Source of the DNA: Spirochaetia bacterium
GTDB taxonomy: Bacteria > Spirochaetota > Spirochaetia > SZUA-6 > Bin103
NCBI GenBank assembly: GCA_965208575.1
Contig: CBDBOV010000006.1
Location: 1,120,001-1,184,000 of the forward strand
Reading direction: 5' to 3'
Length of the DNA stretch: 64,000 bases
Positions 34,501-40,500 of the stretch are shown here, one piece after another. A model generated the notes under the pieces. It was given only the letters and a program-made list of their open reading frames with translations, was not told the DNA's origin and made no database searches. The translations under genes were made by a program, and so were the position numbers. Positions within the stretch are counted from its first letter, which is position 1, and each line of letters opens with the position of its first letter.

Positions 34501-37500
34501 ACCGGCCCGACGCCGCCCTCGCCGGGCTTCGGGTCGGCGTCACCGGGCTGCTGCTGTTGCAGCGCCAGCGTGCCGTGCCCGGCGTCCGGCAGGCTGTCCA
34601 CCCTCACGGCCTTCAGGCGGTCGCCGTCGCCGTCGCTGAACCGGTCCTTGAACTCCGCCGCCGTGAACGCCCGGACCGTGTCCTCCGCCATGCTCACCGC
34701 CAGCGCTCCCGCCACCGGCGCGTCGGCCACCGACGTCACCGTGACCTGCGCCGCCGCCGCGGCCGACTCCCGGTCCGACTGGTCCACCACCTTGAACGTG
34801 AAGCTCGCCTGCCCGTGCCAGTTCGCCACCGGCGTGAACACCAGATCTGCCAGATCGTCGTGCGTGATCAGGTCGTTCGCACTCACCGCTTTGCCATCGA
34901 GCGCCAGCACGCCCGCCGTGCCGGCCGGCAGCGTGACCACGCGCACCGCCTTCAGGCTGTCGTCCGGGTCGACGTCGCTGAACACGCCATCGAAGTCCGC
35001 CCCGGTGAACTCCAGCGCCGTGTCCTCCGGGGTGCTCACCGCCAGCACTCCCGCCACCGGCGCGTCGGCCGCCGCGGTCACGGTCACCGTCGCGGTCGCC
35101 GCCGCCGACTGCGCGCTCTCCCGATCGCGCACCCGGAACTCGAACTTGGTTTCGCCGTTCCAGTCGGCCACCGGCGTGAACACGAGCCCGACCAGGCGCG
35201 TCCGGTCGATCACCTGGCCGGCGGCGACCGCCTCCCCGTCCAGGGTCAGCGCCCCCTGCGCCGCCGGCGGCAGCACGGCGACGACCACCGCCGTGAGGCG
35301 GTCGCCGGCCTCCGCATCGGCGAACACGCCGTCGAAGTCGGCCGGCGCCAGCGGCAGCGGCGCATCCTCGCGGGTAGTGCGCGCCAGCGGCTGCGCGGTC
35401 GGCGGCGTATTCCACCACAGCGCGAGCGTGTAGGCTTTCGCCGACGCCGCCTTGGCGAGGTCCTGCACCCGGTAGTCGATGCTCGCGCGGTAGATGCCGT
35501 CCGTCGGCCGGAACTCCAGATCGCTCAGCTCGGCCGCTGCGATCACCGCCCCGACCGGCTGCGCCTTGTCGGCCCGCCACAGGCCCCCGCTGCTCGGTTT
35601 CCCGGCGAGCACCATCGCGCGCAGGCGGTCGCCGGGATCGGGATCCGCGAACGCCGCCTCGAACAGGTCCTGGAAGTCCAGGCCCGGCACCCACTTGCGC
35701 GTGAGGTCCTCCGCCGTCGGAGCGTCGTTCTTGCCGGCGACCGCGATGGTCGCGGCGTAGGCAGCCGCCGACCGGGCATCCGACTGGTCGACCACGCGGA
35801 AGGTGAACCGCGCGTTCCCGAACCAGTCCGCCACCGGCGTGAACGTCACGCTGCCCAGGTCGGCCGCGGCGATCACGCCGCCTGCTTTGACCGCGTCCCC
35901 CTTGGCCGCCAGAGCGCCGTGCTTGGCGTCCGGCGGGGTCACCACCACTACCGCCTTCAGGCTGTCGCCGGGGTCGGGATCGCGGAACACGAAGTTGTCC
36001 GCCGCCACGGTCACGGTCACATCTTCGTCGCCGGCGACCGTGAACGCCGCCGACGCCGGCGGGTCGGCGACCGGTGCGACCTGGACCGTGCCGGTGGCGA
36101 CTTCCGAGACGTAGCCGGCCTGGTCCTCCACCTGGAAGGTGAACGTCACCTCGCCCGCGAAGTCGCGGTCCGGCTGGTACACCAGGCGCGTCAGCCCCGC
36201 CGCCGGCAGCAGGTCGTCGCCGTCCATCACTCTCGCCACGCTGCCGTGGAAGCTGGTCAGCGTGCCTGCCGATTGCGGCGGTGTGCCGGACCGCGGGGCA
36301 CGCCTGATGACGATCGACTTGAGCCGGTCATCCGCGTCGACGTCGTCGAACGTGAAGTCGGCGAGCGTGAGCGTGAGCGTCGTGTCCTCGTCCATCGAGT
36401 GGCCGAGGTCCGCCGTCTCCGGCGCGTCGTTGACCGCCGTCACCCGGACCGTCGCGGTGCTGGAAGCCAGCGAAGCGGCGCCGGACGAGTCCTCCACCCC
36501 GAACAGGAACGTCGCCGTCCCGTTCCAGTTCGCCGCCGGCGTGAACCGGAGCTTGCCGTCGATGGAGCCGCTCGGGGCGGCAATCGTCTGCCCGGCGGTC
36601 ACCGCCGTCCCGTCCAGCGTCAGCGTGCCCGCCGCCGCGGCCGGCAGCGAGGCGATGACCACGGCCTTGCGCGTGTGCCCGTCCAGGTCGGAGAACGCGA
36701 AGTCGGCGGATGTCAGCGTCAGCGCGGTGTCCTCGGCCACCGTGCGCGCGAAGTCCGCCGTCGTGGGCGCGTCGTCCACCGGCCTGACCGTGACCGTGGC
36801 GGCGTACGCCTGCGTCGAGGCGCGCAGCGTGGTGTCCAGCACCTTGAACGTGAACGAGGTGATCCCGTACCAGTCCGCCGTCGGCCGGTACTGGAGCGCG
36901 CTCAGGTCGGCACGCGCGATCGTGGCCCCGGCGGACTGCTCCGCGCCGTTCAGCAGCAGCGTGCCGTGCGCCGGCAGGGTTTCGATGCGCAACTGGTGGA
37001 GCTGCTCGTCCGGATCCGCGTCGCTGAACGTGAACTGCCCGGCGGCGAACGTGTGCGACGTGTCCTCGTCGATCGTCACGCTGAGCGGCGCCGAGGTCGG
37101 CGCGTTGGCACCCACCTCGGCGTCGGTGATGGTGACGTTGAACCCACTCACGGCTAAGAGGCCGGGGCTAGCTGTAGCCGTGTAGGTCATGGCGGTGGCG
37201 GCGGCCACCGTGGTCGGCGTGCCCGACAGCGTGCGCGTCGCCGCGTCGAAGGTCAGGCCCGGCACCGCCGGCGTCAGGGTGTACGTCAACGTGTGGCGGT
37301 AGTGCGCCTCCGGCAGGACCAGCGGGATGATCGCCTTGCCTTTGGGCCAGCTCTGGTCCGGGAACGACGCGCCCCGGAAGGTCGGCGGGGGTTTGGCATC
37401 GCACCCTGATCCTTCCGGCGCCACGTTGTAGACCCGGAGCGGAATGTCGAGAGACGCCTTCAATCCCCGCGGGTCGGTGGCCGTCACCGTGATGGTGACA

Positions 37501-40500
37501 TTCCAGTTCTCGCCGGCGGCTGGACCAGGGTCGACTGTGAGGTGCGGAGCCCGCTCGACGTCGTACACATTCAGTGCTGGGGACGTAACATGGTTCAACC
37601 GAAAACGCCGAAGCGGCGAAACGTAGACGTGGGCGGCCACGCGCGAGTCCGAACTGTGCACGCTGTACGTCAAGGGATCGGCGTCGGGGTCGTAGAAGTA
37701 GTAAGCCATCGGATACCTGCGAAGGCTACGTCCGCACCTGCCAATCGCTCCGTGGTCCCTCAAGTCACCATACACCTTGGCGTAACCCTTCAACAAGCCT
37801 TGATCGCGGTCAGCCTTGGAGTTTGCCACCGGCGCGCGGTTTGCCGGCAGGCCGGTGATGCGGAAATCCTGCGCCGTCCGCGCGCCGCTCGTGTCGACGG
37901 CGAAGATGCGGATCGGCTTGGCTCCCTCGGTGATGGGAAAGAGGCAGTGTGCGTAGCGGTAGCCGGTACATCGGGCGAGCGTCAATCCCGTGTGAACTTC
38001 AGTCGCCACGAAGTTCAGGACATCGCCGTCGGCGTCGTAGAAGTAGCCGCGCAGGTCGACGCCGTACGGGTACGTGCTGGATTTTCCCCACTTCGATCCC
38101 GGGATCTTGACGCTCACGTCCACGGTCTTGCCGGCGAACAGGGCGACCGGGGGGCTGTTCGCCACCACGTTGATCGTGAAGCTCAGGGTGGCGCTGTCGC
38201 CGGCGCTGGCGTCGGCATCCGAGTCGACCGCCCGATAGGTCATGGCGTAGCTGCCGGCGGTGGTCGGCGTGCCCGTGATCCGGTGGGTGCGCGCGTCGAA
38301 GCTCAGGCCCGGCACCGCCGGCGTCAGGGTGTAGGTCAGGTCGCCGTCGCCGCCGGTCGCGGTCGGCAGCGGCGGCAGGGGCCGCGCCGAGGTCACCGGA
38401 CCGTAGTCCCGCCCGGTAAGGAGGCGCAGATTCCGGATCGAGACGCCGGCGGCAAACCGTGGCGTCGACGCGGCGGCGGCGCGCAGCGAGACCCTGATCG
38501 TGTCGGCGTCGCTGTCCCGGTCGGTGACCTTGTAGAGGAAGTTCCAGGTGCCGGCGGCCTTGGGCGTAAAGGTGACCGTGCGCGTGGCCGCGCTGAAGGA
38601 CATCACGCCGGCAGCGGCCGGCGTGAGGGTGTAGGTCAGGGTACCGTCGCCGCCGGTCGCCGCCGGCAGCACGCGCGAGAGGGTCTGGCCCGCCTGCAGG
38701 CCGAGCGAGATGTTCCGAGTCAGGCCCAGGCTCGGGCGGCTCGCGGGGTAGCGTATCTTGACCGGGAGGTAGGTGGTGCCGGTCAGTCCCCCGCGGTCGG
38801 TGACCGTCAGCTTGTACAGCAGGTCGACGGGATAGCTCGGTTCGGGCCACAGATACGGGGTGCTCGAATCGGGCCACCGTGGTTGGTGGTGCCGCGTGAC
38901 CGGATCCCGGACCTGGGTCCACCGGAACCTGAGATGATCCAGTGGCGTTTCCTCGTCGGTGCTTGCCCGTCCATCGAGATAGAGGTTCGTCTGAATGAGC
39001 TTCCCGTGTTCGTTGTACCTCTTCCGGTAACCCCACGTGGCGCGCGCGACGGGCGCGTTCTTGTTGGGCGCGGCCGCCAGCGACACGGTCACGGTGCGCG
39101 CGGCGCCGTCGCCGCCGGCGGTGCGCGCGCGCACCGCGAACGTGTAGGTGGCGCCGTTCCGCAGTCCGGACACCACCTGGCGGTACACGTGCGCCCCGGC
39201 GCCGCCCTGACTCCACGCCGACCACTTGGTGCCGCCGTCGGAGCTGTAGCGGTACCACCAGCTCGCGATCGGGGCTCCGTTCGCCGCGCCCGCCGTCCAC
39301 CTGAGCGTGACCGTGCCGTCGCCGCTGCCTGCCGTGAGCGTGGCCGGCGCGGCCGGCGGCCGTACGACGTCCAGCGACGCCGTGGCGGTGGCGCTCGCGC
39401 CGTGCTCGTCGGTGGCGGTCAACCGGAAGGTCAGCCGCTCCACGCGGTTCGGCGCGGTGAAGGTCGGGCTCTCCGCGGTGGCGTCGCTCAGCGTCACCGC
39501 GGTGCCGGCGGTCTGCTCCCAGTGCCAGGTCATCGTGTCGCCGTCCGTGTCGCGGCTGCTGTTGGTCAGCGTCACCGTGTGGCCGGCCTTGACGGTGCCG
39601 TACGGCGCGGTCGAGGCGGCGGCCAGCGGCGGATCGTTGGCGTGCACGGTGATGGTCGCCGTACCCTGCGCACTCGCGCCCGGCTGGTCGATCAGGTTGA
39701 ACACGAAGGAGTCGGTGCCGGAGTAGTCAACCTTGGGCGTGAACACCAGCGTGTCCAGGTCGTGCGGCTCGACCAACCGCAAGGAGGTCACCGCCGCCCC
39801 GCCGAGCGTCAGCCGGCCGCCGTTCAGCGGCGGCGCGATGACCACCCGCGACAGGCTGTCGCCGGCGTCCGGGTCCGAGAACGCGCCGGTGAAGTCGCTC
39901 GTTGCGAAGGTCACGGGCATGTCCTCGTAGGTGCTCTTGGCGATCGGCGCCGCGGTCGGCGCGCTGTTGGCGTTGACGGTGAGCGTGAACGTCAGCGTGT
40001 CGGCATCGGCGTCGGTGTCGAAGCGGTCGCCGTCGTCGACCCGGTAGGTCATCTGGTGCTGCCCCGGGGATGCGGCCGTGCCGGACAGCACGCGCGTCTT
40101 CGGGTCGAAGGTCAGGCCGGTCACCGACGGGCTGAGGCGGTAGGTCAGGCCGTAGTTGCCGCCGGTCGCCGCCGGCAGGGTCAGCGAGGGGGCGCCCGGC
40201 ACGCTCGCCACCCGCGTCTGCGCCGGCACGGTGGCCGTGCCGAAGGTGGGCGCCGAGTTCAGGAACGGCGTGTCGCCGCCGCTCGCCGCCGGCCCCCGGT
40301 AGAAGCCGTTGGACGCGGTCAGGGTCACCGTGTAGGCGCGCTCGTTGGTCAGATTGGGGATGGTGTGGGCGCGGGCGGTCGCGGCCAGGTCCGTGCTGCC
40401 GGAGGCGCCCGCGCCGGACCAGGCCAGCCGGTAGCCGGTCACCGGCGCGCCGCCGGCGCCGGCCGGCGCCGCCCAGCTCACCGCCAGCGAGCGGTCGTTG

